64,000 nt of DNA from Halobacteriota archaeon (lineage in GTDB: Archaea > Halobacteriota > UBA148), in NCBI GenBank assembly GCA_042577985.1, contig JBHPDI010000001.1, positions 2,334 to 66,333 on the forward strand, given 5' to 3'. Position 1 is the stretch's first letter; every line of letters starts with the position of its first letter. Positions 11,177 to 21,796 of the stretch are shown piece by piece. Made by a program: the position numbers and the translations under genes. A model generated the notes under the pieces. That model had not been told where the DNA came from. It saw only the letters and a program-made list of their open reading frames with translations, and did not search any database.

Positions 11177-11458
11177 TCAAGAATTCATGAACATAAAAAA
11201 AGCAAGAACTGCTAATAACGTTAATGCTACAAGTATCCACATTATAACAACTCTGACCTTTGGATATTCTTGTAAATATTTTTGAGAACTAAAGCTAATT
11301 AATAACCAACCCATGAAAAATAAAACCAGCCTATACCAATAATCTCCTAAAGATTCCATAAAGATAGTCACAACAGCAACAATAATCATTGCTATTCCAA
11401 AAATTATGGAAATTATTCTTAATTCTCTAAATAATTCAGCATCTGTCCTTTTTTTCAT
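11177..11458 (-). CDS. Small membrane protein, hypothetical
   Basis: 93 aa with 2-3 predicted TM helices. It overlaps the upstream ORF by 4 nt, an operon-like arrangement. Confidence 0.35.
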   Translation of the reverse strand: MKKRTDAELFRELRIISIIFGIAMIIVAVVTIFMESLGDYWYRLVLFFMGWLLISFSSQKYLQEYPKVRVVIMWILVALTLLAVLAFFMFMNS

Positions 11459-11847
11459 TTTTTCTTTATCTCCCTCAGACTTTTGCCAAAATTAACAATT
11501 AATGTGAAACTCCCAATTACTGCTAAAATGCCAAAGACATCAAACCAGAAAGTTCCTTTTAGATAATCATCAAAAAAAATTATCGGGAACAGAAGGAAGA
11601 AACCAATCCATATTAATTTGCCAGGTTCTATTCTTTTTGCAACTTTACTTTCAAAAAACGATGCTACAAGAAATCCCAATATGGAACCAACCACAAGCCA
11701 CAAGGATATCTCATTTTTCATAAATCCAACTATAATTCCTATGAGTGCTCCGAACAAAAAATATATCCAAAAATTTTTATGTTTCATAGTATATGCTATA
11801 TAAATTGAATTTATATTTAAATCTTTGTGATTGGAACTTAAACACAA
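11455..11847 (-). CDS. Small membrane protein, hypothetical
   Basis: 130 aa with 3-4 hydrophobic helices. Confidence 0.35.
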   Translation of the reverse strand: MCLSSNHKDLNINSIYIAYTMKHKNFWIYFLFGALIGIIVGFMKNEISLWLVVGSILGFLVASFFESKVAKRIEPGKLIWIGFFLLFPIIFFDDYLKGTFWFDVFGILAVIGSFTLIVNFGKSLREIKKK

Positions 11848-12115
11848 CTCTGCGGACGCAGGTTTCCAGAACTTCGTAACTGGAAACGAATATAACAGGA
11901 ATTTAACGGTTCAGAAACCTTGCAGGGTTTTTCCACCCAAATTACAACCTTCGGTCGTGACTTCGTATATCCGCGAGAAGTTAAATTCAATTGAACCTAA
12001 TATCCTTAATGTTCTTTGGGATTTTAGAATTCTTCGCTCTATTACCATCAAAACAAGTAACTTGAATGCATTTCAGACATAATGCTTAAGATGTCTTGTG
12101 TAAAAGGATGTCATC

Positions 12116-13120
12116 ATGATAGGAATGGTCCTTTGCGGTGGTCATGGCAAACGTCTTCGACCTTTTACGTCCGAGATGCCAAAATCACTTATCGAAATCA
12201 AGGAAGGATATACAATTCTGGATAATCAGCTATTATGCTTCTTATCTGCCGGAATCGATCAAGTTGTTTTGTTGACAGGTTATCTGAGCGAAAAAATCAT
12301 CGAGAGGTACGGTTCAGAATACAAAGGGGTGAAAATCGATTACATCGTAGAGGACGAACCTCTTGGAACCCTGAATGCCATAAAAATGGGTCTTGCCTCT
12401 GTGGAAGATGATGTGGTGATTATGAACGGTGATGTCGTTGCAGATCTAAATTTGAAAAAGATGATCACTACTTTTCAAAATTCCGAATTCATTGCAACTA
12501 TGTTCGTCACGAAAATGAAGAGCCCTTACGGAGTAGTAGTTCTTGGTGAGAATAATATCCAGTCTTTCAGGGAGAAGCCCTTTTTAAATCACTACATAAA
12601 TGGCGGCATATATTGTTTTAAAAAAGGTTGTTCTTCATACTTTGATGAATTTGAAATTGGCGATATAGAGAAAACTATATTTCCAATACTGGCGGATTCA
12701 GGCAAACTTGGTTATTATAAAGAAGACGACATGTTTTGGATATCTCTTGATACGACAAAGGACATAGAGGAGGCAAAAAAAGAGTATTCCAATAGAAAAG
12801 ACAAGCCATGGGGTTACGAGAAGATTCTAATCTCTACTGATAAGTATTTGACCAAGGAATTGTTCATTAAAGAAGGTTATAAAACATCATATCATTATCA
12901 CGAGCAAAAGGACGAAACCATGTTTATAATGGCTGGCTCAGGTTACATTAAATTTGAGGATAGAAAAGAGCGCTTTGGTCGGAACGATGCTATTCGAATA
13001 AAACCAAATACATCTCACACAATAGTAGCTTCGGAGAACACAATAATTCATGAGGTATCCACTCCAGATTTAGAGGATACTGTCAGGTTAAAGGATTTTT
13101 ACATTAGGTGGAATACATGA
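12116..13120 (+). CDS. Sugar-phosphate nucleotidyltransferase with C-terminal cupin (mannose-6-phosphate isomerase-like) domain
   Basis: 334 aa. The N-terminus [15 protein letters not shown] is the G-x-G-x-R NTP-transferase signature. The C-terminal [20 protein letters not shown] is cupin-like. Confidence 0.65.
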   Translation: MIGMVLCGGHGKRLRPFTSEMPKSLIEIKEGYTILDNQLLCFLSAGIDQVVLLTGYLSEKIIERYGSEYKGVKIDYIVEDEPLGTLNAIKMGLASVEDDVVIMNGDVVADLNLKKMITTFQNSEFIATMFVTKMKSPYGVVVLGENNIQSFREKPFLNHYINGGIYCFKKGCSSYFDEFEIGDIEKTIFPILADSGKLGYYKEDDMFWISLDTTKDIEEAKKEYSNRKDKPWGYEKILISTDKYLTKELFIKEGYKTSYHYHEQKDETMFIMAGSGYIKFEDRKERFGRNDAIRIKPNTSHTIVASENTIIHEVSTPDLEDTVRLKDFYIRWNT

Positions 13121-14418
13121 AAAGAATATCTGTTATCGGAATGGGCTTTGTCGGCTTAGTTAGTGCAGCTTGCTTTGCCAATAAAGGTTTTGAAGTCATA
13201 GCATCCACCCATGACCCCCAGAAAGTCGAACAGATAAATGAAGGTAAGGCGCCTTTTTATGAGAAGGACCTGAACCATATTTTGGTGGAGTCTGTGAAAA
13301 AAGGTAATTTAAAGGCTATTGTAGGGAGAAAAGAAGCAATTATCAACTCTGATATCACGTTCATTGCTGTTGGAACGCCCAGTAAAAAAGACGGAGGCAT
13401 TGATCTTGGGTTTATCAAATCTTCTGCTAAAGAAATAGGAAAAGTTCTAAAGGATAAAGACCACCATCTATTTGTAGTAAAAAGCACCGTAGCCCCGGGT
13501 ACAACGGAAGAAATTGTCAAACCGATTATAGAAAAATATTCTGGTAAAAAAGTAGGATCAGACTTTGGGCTATGCATGAGCCCAGAGTTTTTGCGAGAAG
13601 GTAATGCAGTCTATGACACTATACACCCAGATCGAATTGTCATAGGTGAGAGCGATAAATCTGCAGGAGATACTCTGGAAGAATTCTATCGAGAGTTCTA
13701 TGGCGAGAATTGTTCTCCAATTCTAAGGATGAGCCTTGTCTCAGCAGAGATGGTCAAATACACCTCTAATGCACTTCTCTCCACAAAGATTTCCTTCGCA
13801 AATGAGATTGGCAACATCTGTAAAGAGTTTGGCATCGATGCCTATGAGGTCATGCGTGCCGTCGGTATGGATCACAGACTATCACCGCACTTCTTACGAG
13901 CAGGTGTTGGCTTTGGTGGTAGTTGCTTTCCAAAGGATGTGAAAGCGCTCATACATAAAGCAAAGGAAATTGGTTACGATCCGAATCTTCTAAAGGCCGT
14001 GATGAATGTTAATGAGGGGCAGCCGAAAAGAATGGTTAAACTTCTCGAAAAAAAGCTTCCGTCCTTAGAAGGCAAGAAGGTTGCTGTGTTGGGTCTTGCC
14101 TTTAAGAACGACACTGATGATATACGAGAGTCTAGAGCGATTCCAATAATAAAAATGTTGATGGATAAGAATGCCATAGTTTCTGCCTATGATCCTTTGG
14201 CGAACGAGAACATGCGCCCCATCTTTCCTGACGTCAAGTACTGTACTAGCGCTGAGGAGGCGCTCATAAACGCTGATGCTTGTTTGGTGGTTACAGAATG
14301 GGATGAGTTCAAAAAATTGAATCATGAATTTGACGTTATGGAAAAAAAAGTAGTCATCGATGGAAGGAAAGTCATCCTTCCCAGAGAGGACATAGATTAT
14401 GAAGGATTGTGTTGGTGA
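13108..14418 (+). CDS. Nucleotide-sugar dehydrogenase (UDP-glucose/GDP-mannose dehydrogenase family)
   Basis: 436 aa. Has the N-terminal Rossmann motif [18 protein letters not shown] and the catalytic [10 protein letters not shown]. The true start is probably the second Met (MKRIS). Confidence 0.8.
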   Translation: MEYMKRISVIGMGFVGLVSAACFANKGFEVIASTHDPQKVEQINEGKAPFYEKDLNHILVESVKKGNLKAIVGRKEAIINSDITFIAVGTPSKKDGGIDLGFIKSSAKEIGKVLKDKDHHLFVVKSTVAPGTTEEIVKPIIEKYSGKKVGSDFGLCMSPEFLREGNAVYDTIHPDRIVIGESDKSAGDTLEEFYREFYGENCSPILRMSLVSAEMVKYTSNALLSTKISFANEIGNICKEFGIDAYEVMRAVGMDHRLSPHFLRAGVGFGGSCFPKDVKALIHKAKEIGYDPNLLKAVMNVNEGQPKRMVKLLEKKLPSLEGKKVAVLGLAFKNDTDDIRESRAIPIIKMLMDKNAIVSAYDPLANENMRPIFPDVKYCTSAEEALINADACLVVTEWDEFKKLNHEFDVMEKKVVIDGRKVILPREDIDYEGLCW

Positions 14419-15427
14419 TCAAATAAAAGTAATAGTTCCGGCCGCTGGTGTTGGCAAAAGACTATATCCTCATACACATACAAAACCAAAATCGATGGTT
14501 TCTGTGGCTGGCAAGCCGATCATCGGCCACATTCTCGATCGACTTATCGATATTCATGCTCAAGAACTAGTAATAGTCGTTGGATACATGAAAGACAAGA
14601 CCATCTCATACATCGATGAGAATTATTCCTCTTGTTTTGGAAAAATTTCATATGTTACTCAAGATAAACCACTTGGTTTGGGCCACTCCATATATGTCAC
14701 GAAGGATGTTATTGGTGACTCCCCCATAATGATAGCTCTTGGAGACATGATCTTCCAGGGAGGCTATGGAGAGTTTTTAGAGCGTCATGAAAAAAATGGT
14801 GAATGCTCAGGATCAATTGGTGTCAAAATTGTTGACATGCCGCAATACTATGGTGTTGTATACATAGATGATGAAGGAAAGATAATCAAACTGGAGGAAA
14901 AACCAAAGCTATCGACTTCTAATCTTGGCATCGCTGGCGTCTACATCATAGATGATACCCCCTTATTCTTTAAATCGCTAGACAAACTGATCGGCGATAA
15001 TCCCAAAAAAGAGGGAGAATATCAACTTACCGATGCCTTACAAATCATGGTAGATGCAGGTGCAATGCTAAAAAAGTTTCATGTGCATGACTGGTATGAT
15101 TGTGGTAGGGCGGATACTTTGTTGGAAGTAAATCGATTGCTCTTGGCCCAAGCCCCAATAAAGACAATACGCTCTACAAATTCCATCATAATTCAGCCAG
15201 TAGCTGTTGGAGATGGTGCGGAAATCATCAACTCCGTAATCGGTCCAGATGTGTCTATCGCTGACGATACAGTTGTCAAAAATTCTATCATTTCTGATAG
15301 TATTGTAGGCTCTGGTGCAAAGATAATGAATATGAATCTCCAGACCAGTATACTTGGGGACTCTGTAAATCTAGCCGGCAAACCAAATACGCTCAATATA
15401 GGGGACTCTTCAACAATAGAGTTCTAG
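14399..15427 (+). CDS. NDP-sugar pyrophosphorylase with C-terminal left-handed beta-helix
   Basis: 342 aa. Has VPAAGVGKRLYP (NTP-transferase motif) and hexapeptide-like C-terminal repeats. Confidence 0.6.
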   Translation: MKDCVGDQIKVIVPAAGVGKRLYPHTHTKPKSMVSVAGKPIIGHILDRLIDIHAQELVIVVGYMKDKTISYIDENYSSCFGKISYVTQDKPLGLGHSIYVTKDVIGDSPIMIALGDMIFQGGYGEFLERHEKNGECSGSIGVKIVDMPQYYGVVYIDDEGKIIKLEEKPKLSTSNLGIAGVYIIDDTPLFFKSLDKLIGDNPKKEGEYQLTDALQIMVDAGAMLKKFHVHDWYDCGRADTLLEVNRLLLAQAPIKTIRSTNSIIIQPVAVGDGAEIINSVIGPDVSIADDTVVKNSIISDSIVGSGAKIMNMNLQTSILGDSVNLAGKPNTLNIGDSSTIEF

Positions 15428-15526
15428 GTTTTGGTAACTCTTCAGGGCTTACTTCTAAAAATCTTTGGGTGTTAACTTCAAGGGCTTTTAATGTGCTAAT
15501 ATACCAAAGTAATATATGGTGGGAGT

Positions 15527-15608
15527 TTGCACCTAAAGTAGGGAAAAAGCCCGACTTTAGGGTCAAAAATCATACTTTAGGGTCAAAACGGACTTTAGGT
15601 GCAAAGTC
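15527..15608. promoter_or_regulatory. Array of four copies of ACTTTAGG[GT][GT]CAAA (one inverted at 15527-15540; direct copies at 15554-15568, 15574-15588 and 15592-15606, ~20 bp apart)
   Basis: Read directly. It sits in a 425-bp spacer upstream of the UXS gene. The motif AAAGTCGTT recurs at ~15683. Confidence 0.5.
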
Positions 15609-15852
15609 GTTCTTAGTTGCGCTAAAGAAGATTATAATATATTTTGAGTATTATCCAATCTAAAACTAATTGATTTGGATGTAGGGGGGAAAAGTCGTTT
15701 ATAGTACACATGATATAGTTGGGGGATACAATCTAAAATCGAGAGATTCAATTCATGCTGCATGAGTAATAGGAAAAATGTAATAAAAATTATGTAGTTG
15801 ACATTGATTTTTATAGGTGAAATGGATTAAGATTTTGAAACTTTGATAACAA

Positions 15853-16827
15853 GTGGTGAATAAGATGAAAACGGTACTTGTAACTGGTGGAGCAGGATTC
15901 ATAGGCTCGCATCTATGTGAAAAACTGCTGGTAGAAGGTAATAAAGTCCTTTGTCTTGATAATTTGTCTACTGGAAATGAGAACAATATTCAACACCTGC
16001 TGAGTGATGCTAGGTTCGATTACATAAAGCAAGATATAATCAAGCCATTGAAAATTACGGACAAAATCGACAATATTTTCCATCTGGCAAGTCCTGCTAG
16101 TCCAGTTGATTATCAACGATTGCCTATAGAGACATTGTTAACTGGCTCATCAGGCACTCATAATGCATTGGATTTTGCCAGAGAAAAAGGGGCAGTATTC
16201 TTGCTAGCATCAACATCTGAGGTTTATGGTGATCCAGGTATTCATCCACAGCGGGAAGATTATTGGGGCAACGTAAACCCAATCGGTTTAAGAAGTTGTT
16301 ATGACGAGGCCAAGAGGTTTGCCGAAGCTTTAACTATGGCTTATCATCGTAAACATGATATTGATGTGCGAATCGTTCGGATATTTAACACTTATGGGCA
16401 AAGGATGGGAAGGGACGACGGTAGAGCTATTCCTAACTTCATAACTCAGGCTATGGCCAATGAACCAATTACTGTATACGGTGACGGCTCTCAAACGAGA
16501 AGTTTTTGTTACATCTCTGACATGGTGGATGGAATATATAAGGCGATGATCTCAAACGGGATGAGAGGTGAAGTAGTAAATCTGGGCAATCCGGGTGAGA
16601 TAACAGTACTGGAATTGGCTGAGAGAATCAAGAGAATCACCAACTCACGTTCGAAGATTGTATTTAAGAAATTGCCCGAGGATGATCCAAAACAGAGGCG
16701 TCCAGATGCATCTAAGGCAAAAGAAATCTTGGGCTGGGAGCCTATGGTAGATCTAGAGGAAGGATTAGTTAGAACAATAATATGGTTTGAAGAAAATCTT
16801 GAAAAGGTTATATCAGGGCATTTATAA
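15853..16827 (+). CDS. UDP-glucuronate decarboxylase (UDP-xylose synthase, UXS-type SDR)
   Basis: 324 aa. [20 protein letters not shown] and the segment [32 protein letters not shown] are characteristic of UXS/ArnA-decarboxylase-type enzymes. Confidence 0.75.
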   Translation: MVNKMKTVLVTGGAGFIGSHLCEKLLVEGNKVLCLDNLSTGNENNIQHLLSDARFDYIKQDIIKPLKITDKIDNIFHLASPASPVDYQRLPIETLLTGSSGTHNALDFAREKGAVFLLASTSEVYGDPGIHPQREDYWGNVNPIGLRSCYDEAKRFAEALTMAYHRKHDIDVRIVRIFNTYGQRMGRDDGRAIPNFITQAMANEPITVYGDGSQTRSFCYISDMVDGIYKAMISNGMRGEVVNLGNPGEITVLELAERIKRITNSRSKIVFKKLPEDDPKQRRPDASKAKEILGWEPMVDLEEGLVRTIIWFEENLEKVISGHL

Positions 16828-16873
16828 TGAGTAAGAACAAGAGCAGAAAACATACCTATAGTAAGGTAAAAAT

Positions 16874-17116
16874 ATGGTGGCGGTATCTTAAGCAAAAATT
16901 ACTTCTAAAGTTCAAATTAATTCCCCAAAGGATATCAGATAGAAATATAATCTGTATGAAGGCGATAACGTTCTTCTGACCCTAACAGAAGACGAAATCA
17001 TCATGAAACACGGAATAGGTATCATTAGATTGTTGTGGAGACTCATAAAAAAAGAGGTGGCTGTGGACAAAGCATTGTATTTCTTCAAAAAACTGCGGCA
17101 GGAACGGAGAATATAG
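16874..17116 (+). pseudogene. AbrB/SpoVT-like small regulator or antitoxin gene interrupted by in-frame TAA (16889) and TAG (16940)
   Basis: The frame translates MVAVS*AKITSKVQINSPKDIR*KYNLYEGDNVLLTLTEDEIIMKHGIGIIRLLWRLIKKEVAVDKALYFFKKLRQERRI. The segment ITSKVQI-SPKDIR-x-KYNLYEGDNV fits the AbrB swapped-hairpin consensus and resembles the N-terminus of the PhoU-like protein at 5065. It is not in the ORF track because of the stop codons. Confidence 0.45.
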
Positions 17117-17280
17117 ATGTTGTATACTGCGGATTATATGGTGGTGTTAGCATATTTTGTAGATAAGATGCCGGAAAATACTGAGAAAATTTTCAGGATT
17201 GTATAAGAAGAGTTGAAGATAAAGAAGGGATACTAAAATATTGGGTTGGCAAAAGGCAATATTCAAGATAAGAAAGGATA

Positions 17281-17319
17281 AATGGTGCTAAAGAATGGTG
17301 CTAAAGAATGGTGCTAAAG
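17281..17319 (+). repeat. 13-bp tandem repeat (aatggtgctaaag) x3 ending 7 nt before the flippase start codon
   Basis: Read directly. Each unit carries an ATG. Confidence 0.85.
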
Positions 17320-17326
17320 AGCGATA

Positions 17327-18886
17327 ATGGAAGAAACATATTCATACTTGAATGAATCACTGAAAAAGGTAGTAAAAGGCGCGGGATTCGGCTTTATAGG
17401 TGCAATTATAGGAAGAGTTTTTGGATATCTCACAAGAATAGTTTTAGCCAGATCCCTCGGCGCAGATTATTACGGTTTACTAAATCTCGGACTTGCGAGT
17501 TTTAGTATAGTGGCCGTTATTGCAGCTTTTGGGTTGGGAAGTGGAATCATAAGGTATGTTTCATATTATAAGGGCAAAGGAGAAGAAGGAAAAATCAAAG
17601 GCACAATCTATTCCGCTTTGAAAATAAATCTTCCAGTAGCTTTAGCTTTTACATATCTTCTATATTCAGGTTCAGATTGGCTCGCTATTCACATATTTCA
17701 CGACCCAACTCTTTCTTCCGTCTTAAAAATATTCTCTTTTGCCCTCCCCTTCTCAATTTTGGCTGAGAACTTTATTTCAGCAACGATAGGATTTCAATAT
17801 TTGAGATATAGGATTTATGTTCATGATGTCTCAGAAAATGCAATTAGGTTTATTGTGATTGCCATATTGCTTTCGTTAGGTTTTGGCCTATTAGGTGCAG
17901 CATGGGGTTGGTGCATATCGATCATGATAACACCTTTTTTAGCATTTTATTTCCTTGAAAAAAGAGTATTTTCAATTCTCAAAACAAAAACAAAGTCTTA
18001 CCCGTTGGGAAAAGAGCTTTTCTCTTTCTCCTGGCCTCTACTCCTCGGTAGCTTTTCAGGTTTGGTATTGGGATGGTCAGATACACTCATGCTTGGATAT
18101 TTTGCAACGTCTTCTGATGTGGGAATATACAATGCGGCTTTACCTACAGCCATGTTAGTACTAACAATCCCTAGTATCTTTGGGATTATTTTTATGCCAG
18201 TCGTCTCAGAACTCTTCTCTCGTGGAAGATATGACGATATTAGGGATATATACAGTATTGTGACGAAGTGGATACTTTCTTTAATCATACCTGCATTTCT
18301 TTTAATGGTCTTATTTGCTCCTTCTGTGCTAAGAATAATTTTTGGTACAGAATATGCTGGAGGAGCATCAGCTTTAGTACTATTAACCAGTGGATACCTA
18401 TTAGTTTCTTTATTTGGTCTAACTGCTTCAATACTTGAGGCATACGGTCGAACGAAGATAATAATGGGCTGCACGTTCTTTGCCGCAGCGTTAAATTTTA
18501 TTTTAAATCTATATTTAATTCCCATCTATGGAATAACAGGTGCAGCTCTTGCTACAGGGTCATCACTTGCTATTTTTGGTATTATTCAATTTTTATTCGT
18601 GTATCGAATAGCAAAAATGCAGCCTTTCCGATTCAACTATTTAAAACCAGTTCTCACATCTATTTTCGCTGTTTTAATCGTTTATGGAATAACAAAATAT
18701 TTCATGGAGGTAACGTTTTTTGGTTTGATTGGGATGCTATTTGCATTTATCGTTATTTACTTTTTCCTGCTTTTGCTTGTAAAAGGATTTGAGGAGGAAG
18801 ACCTGATGATAATGAGAACTATTGATGAAAAATTGGGAACAAAAACAGATTTACCTAGGAAAATAATCAAAATGTTCTTAAAATAG
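17327..18886 (+). CDS. Oligosaccharide flippase (MOP superfamily, Wzx/AglR-like polysaccharide biosynthesis protein)
   Basis: 519 aa with ~12-14 TM helices and the Gly-rich pattern typical of Wzx flippases. Confidence 0.7.
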   Translation: MEETYSYLNESLKKVVKGAGFGFIGAIIGRVFGYLTRIVLARSLGADYYGLLNLGLASFSIVAVIAAFGLGSGIIRYVSYYKGKGEEGKIKGTIYSALKINLPVALAFTYLLYSGSDWLAIHIFHDPTLSSVLKIFSFALPFSILAENFISATIGFQYLRYRIYVHDVSENAIRFIVIAILLSLGFGLLGAAWGWCISIMITPFLAFYFLEKRVFSILKTKTKSYPLGKELFSFSWPLLLGSFSGLVLGWSDTLMLGYFATSSDVGIYNAALPTAMLVLTIPSIFGIIFMPVVSELFSRGRYDDIRDIYSIVTKWILSLIIPAFLLMVLFAPSVLRIIFGTEYAGGASALVLLTSGYLLVSLFGLTASILEAYGRTKIIMGCTFFAAALNFILNLYLIPIYGITGAALATGSSLAIFGIIQFLFVYRIAKMQPFRFNYLKPVLTSIFAVLIVYGITKYFMEVTFFGLIGMLFAFIVIYFFLLLLVKGFEEEDLMIMRTIDEKLGTKTDLPRKIIKMFLK

Positions 18887-19005
18887 CTAAGTATATGGCT
18901 CTTAAAGTAGCTACATATACCTTTTTATAAATTGTATCTCTTTTTATAAATGAGAAATTTAGATTGGATATATCCTAAATATAAACCAAATAAGGTGATA
19001 GATTT

Positions 19006-20427
19006 ATGAAAATAGCATTAGTTAACGTATTGGACGTTCCAGAGGTACCTCCTATGGGACTGGCATATATCGCCACTTATCTAAGAGAATACGGGAGTTT
19101 TGAAAATACTAAAATAATAGATGCAAATGTAGAGAACGTTTGGGATGGAATTAAAATATATAAACCAGATGTCATTGCAATATCTTCCATGACAATTACC
19201 TATAGTACAGCGATAGAATTGGCAAAAAGAATTAAACAAGAGCAGGACGTTCCTTGTATAATTGGCGGCCCTCATATATCCACCTTACCCTCCTCTCTAT
19301 CTAAGGATTTTGATATGGGTGTTATTGGGGAAGGGGAACAAACAATACTTGAACTTATTCAGTTGTATGATAAAGATAAAGAGTTCAGAAAAGAGAAGTT
19401 AAAAGATATAGGGGGACTTGCCTATCACAATAATGGTAAAGTTAGCTTAACTAAAAAAAGGGATTTAATTCAGCCTTTAGATAAAATTCCTATTCCAGAT
19501 AGGAAATTTCTTGATCCGTCATACTTCAACGAAAAAAGAGTTTTTTTTACTGATAGAATTGGACGAGAAGCCCACATGCTCACTCTTAGGGGATGTCCAT
19601 ACCGTTGCATTTTTTGCTCTACTTCGGCGTTATGGCAAAATGTCACTAGGTACCATTCCGTAGAACACATATGTAGTGAAGTGAATGAACTTATTGATAA
19701 ATATAAAGTCAATGCTATCCAGATTTGGGATGATACTTTCACGATAAATAAAAAGAGATTACAAGAGATATCAGAGGCATTCAAAAAGGAGAAGATAAAC
19801 GAAAAAGTAGAATTTTCTTGCCAACCTAGAGCGAACTTAGTTGATGACAACCTATGTGAAATATTAAAAAACATAGGTGTTACTACAGTGAGCTTTGGCT
19901 TCGAGAGCGGAAGTGATAAAGTTCTTAATTATCTAAAAGCAGGATCGGTTACTGTTGAGCAAAATAAAACTGCTATAAAAACATGTAAAAAACACGGTCT
20001 CAATGTGTTTGGAAGCCTTATGTTTGGAAGTCCTGGTGAGACCTTAGAAGATATCAGACAAACATTAGATTTAATTGACTTCATGGGAGATAATTATGTG
20101 GACTTAATATGGGCTTTTATATCAACTCCATTTCCATCGACTGAATTCTGGGAAGTCGCTAAATCGCGGGGTAAAGTAAATGATGAAGAAATGGATTGGA
20201 ACACCCTAAGCCATAGCTATGCGAAAAATCCCTTTTTATTAGATGATTCTGTGGATAGAGCCGAATTTAAAAGGCTTTTTGAGGAAGCCAAACAAAGAAT
20301 CTATGTATCTTTTGAGAGAAAATATTGGCATCATTCCCTAGGCTGGATGCTAAAACAAGGCATAGTCAATCCAAAAAGAGGATTTGAGGTTTTACTAAAG
20401 ATTCTTAAATTAAAAACTAGTTATTAA
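19006..20427 (+). CDS. Cobalamin-binding radical SAM enzyme (class B)
   Basis: 473 aa. Has the N-terminal B12-binding Rossmann fold (IALVNV...DVIAISSMTITY...IIGGPH) and the radical SAM core RGCPYRCIFCS. Confidence 0.75.
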   Translation: MKIALVNVLDVPEVPPMGLAYIATYLREYGSFENTKIIDANVENVWDGIKIYKPDVIAISSMTITYSTAIELAKRIKQEQDVPCIIGGPHISTLPSSLSKDFDMGVIGEGEQTILELIQLYDKDKEFRKEKLKDIGGLAYHNNGKVSLTKKRDLIQPLDKIPIPDRKFLDPSYFNEKRVFFTDRIGREAHMLTLRGCPYRCIFCSTSALWQNVTRYHSVEHICSEVNELIDKYKVNAIQIWDDTFTINKKRLQEISEAFKKEKINEKVEFSCQPRANLVDDNLCEILKNIGVTTVSFGFESGSDKVLNYLKAGSVTVEQNKTAIKTCKKHGLNVFGSLMFGSPGETLEDIRQTLDLIDFMGDNYVDLIWAFISTPFPSTEFWEVAKSRGKVNDEEMDWNTLSHSYAKNPFLLDDSVDRAEFKRLFEEAKQRIYVSFERKYWHHSLGWMLKQGIVNPKRGFEVLLKILKLKTSY

Positions 20428-21633
20428 TTGAGCAAATTAGGTGATCAAATGAAAATAGCAATTATCCGTGGACCCTACCTGAACAAGTTTGAAATGCAGA
20501 GCTTTGAGCCTATGCTCGATAGCTGCGATTTAACTGCATATTATTGCGAAGAGATGTGGCGAACCTCCGAAAGCGTAAAGGCTGTAGATATCCCAAAAAA
20601 GAAACTAAGGTCAATAGAGGGGGTAATGGGTCTTCAAGTGAGCAAATTTTTGAGATATCCTTTTGGTTTGGTAGGCTATAGACATCACATGATTGGCTTG
20701 GAGAATGAATTAAAATCTTATGATATCGCACATCCAGCAGAAACATATCATGCATTTTCATATCAATGTATCAAAGCAAAAAGGAAATATGGGACAAAAG
20801 TCGCAGTAACATGTTGGGAAAATATCCCATTTTTTAATGAAACCCCGAACTTGCGTGGATACGTTAAGGCTAATTACATAAAAAAACTAGTAAGAGACGA
20901 GGCAGATTTATTTATAGCGATAACAGAAAGAGCAAAAGAGGCATTGATTTATGAGGGCGTTCCAGATGAGAAAATAACCGTGATTCCTATCGGGATGGAT
21001 TTAGATAGATTTAAGCCTCGACCCAGAGACAAGGAAATCATCGGAAAATTGGGATTGAATGAAGACGACTTCATCATTTTGTTTGTTGGAGTTTTAAGCA
21101 TTTACAAAGGCGTTTACGAGCTAGTTTACGCAGCGAAGAGACTTCTTCTCGACAAAGATTTAGACTTCATCAAAGAGCATCTTAAATTCGTCCTTGTTGG
21201 TTTTGGGGAAGAAGAGCAGGGGATTAAAAAGCTGTTGAAGAATCTTGGAATTTTAGAGCATTTCGTTTTCGCAGGACATCAACCTTACATGCAGATTCAC
21301 AGGTTTTACAGTATTGCTGACATTTTCACGCTTCCGAGTAAGCCAATAAAGACTTGGCAAGAGCAGTTTGGGATGGTTTTTGTAGAGGCTATGGCTTCAG
21401 GCTTGCCCATAGTTTCCACTCTGAGTGGTTCAATACCCGAAGTTCTTGGAGATGCCGCAATGCTTATTCAACCAGCAGATGCATATTCGCTTTATCAAGG
21501 ATTGAAAGAAGTTATAATTGATGATGAACTAAGAGGGGGGCTAAGGCTAAAAGCAAGGAAAAGAGCAGAAGAAAATTTCAACCCACAAAAGATTTCAATC
21601 AGGATAAAAGAGGAGTATGAACGATTACTATGA
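20428..21633 (+). CDS. Glycosyltransferase family 4 (GT-B, retaining)
   Basis: 401 aa. The C-terminal EQFGMVFVEAMASGLPIVST is the E-x7-E GT4 motif. Confidence 0.75.
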   Translation: MSKLGDQMKIAIIRGPYLNKFEMQSFEPMLDSCDLTAYYCEEMWRTSESVKAVDIPKKKLRSIEGVMGLQVSKFLRYPFGLVGYRHHMIGLENELKSYDIAHPAETYHAFSYQCIKAKRKYGTKVAVTCWENIPFFNETPNLRGYVKANYIKKLVRDEADLFIAITERAKEALIYEGVPDEKITVIPIGMDLDRFKPRPRDKEIIGKLGLNEDDFIILFVGVLSIYKGVYELVYAAKRLLLDKDLDFIKEHLKFVLVGFGEEEQGIKKLLKNLGILEHFVFAGHQPYMQIHRFYSIADIFTLPSKPIKTWQEQFGMVFVEAMASGLPIVSTLSGSIPEVLGDAAMLIQPADAYSLYQGLKEVIIDDELRGGLRLKARKRAEENFNPQKISIRIKEEYERLL

Positions 21634-21796
21634 TGATCCCATACATCGGTTGATGATAAGGAAAAACACCAAATTCTATATAAGTTATATCTAAGTTATA
21701 TATTCCATATAAGTTGGATATTACTCTTAGGTATTACCCTACCTCTCAAGTAAAAAAATGTGTTGAAGATGTTTCGATAAAGATGAAGGATATTAA

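Noticed and set aside
11831-12082. 83-aa ORF upstream of the first nucleotidyltransferase
   Set aside because: It overlaps the hairpin-rich leader and has no domain or hydrophobicity pattern. It is more likely a structured UTR.
15469-15663. 64-aa ORF in the UXS upstream spacer
   Set aside because: Its sequence is the translation of the ACTTTAGGG repeat array (DFRVKNHTLGSKRTLGAKS), so it is a repeat artefact.
17998-18525. 175-aa minus-strand ORF
   Set aside because: Fully antisense to the Wzx flippase, a typical shadow frame of an AT-rich membrane-protein gene. Likewise 19470-19874(-), 37014-37778(+), 47174-47699(-), 48703-49011(+), 53976-55325(+ frames) and 59436-60431(-) are antisense to glycosyltransferase or aglB genes.
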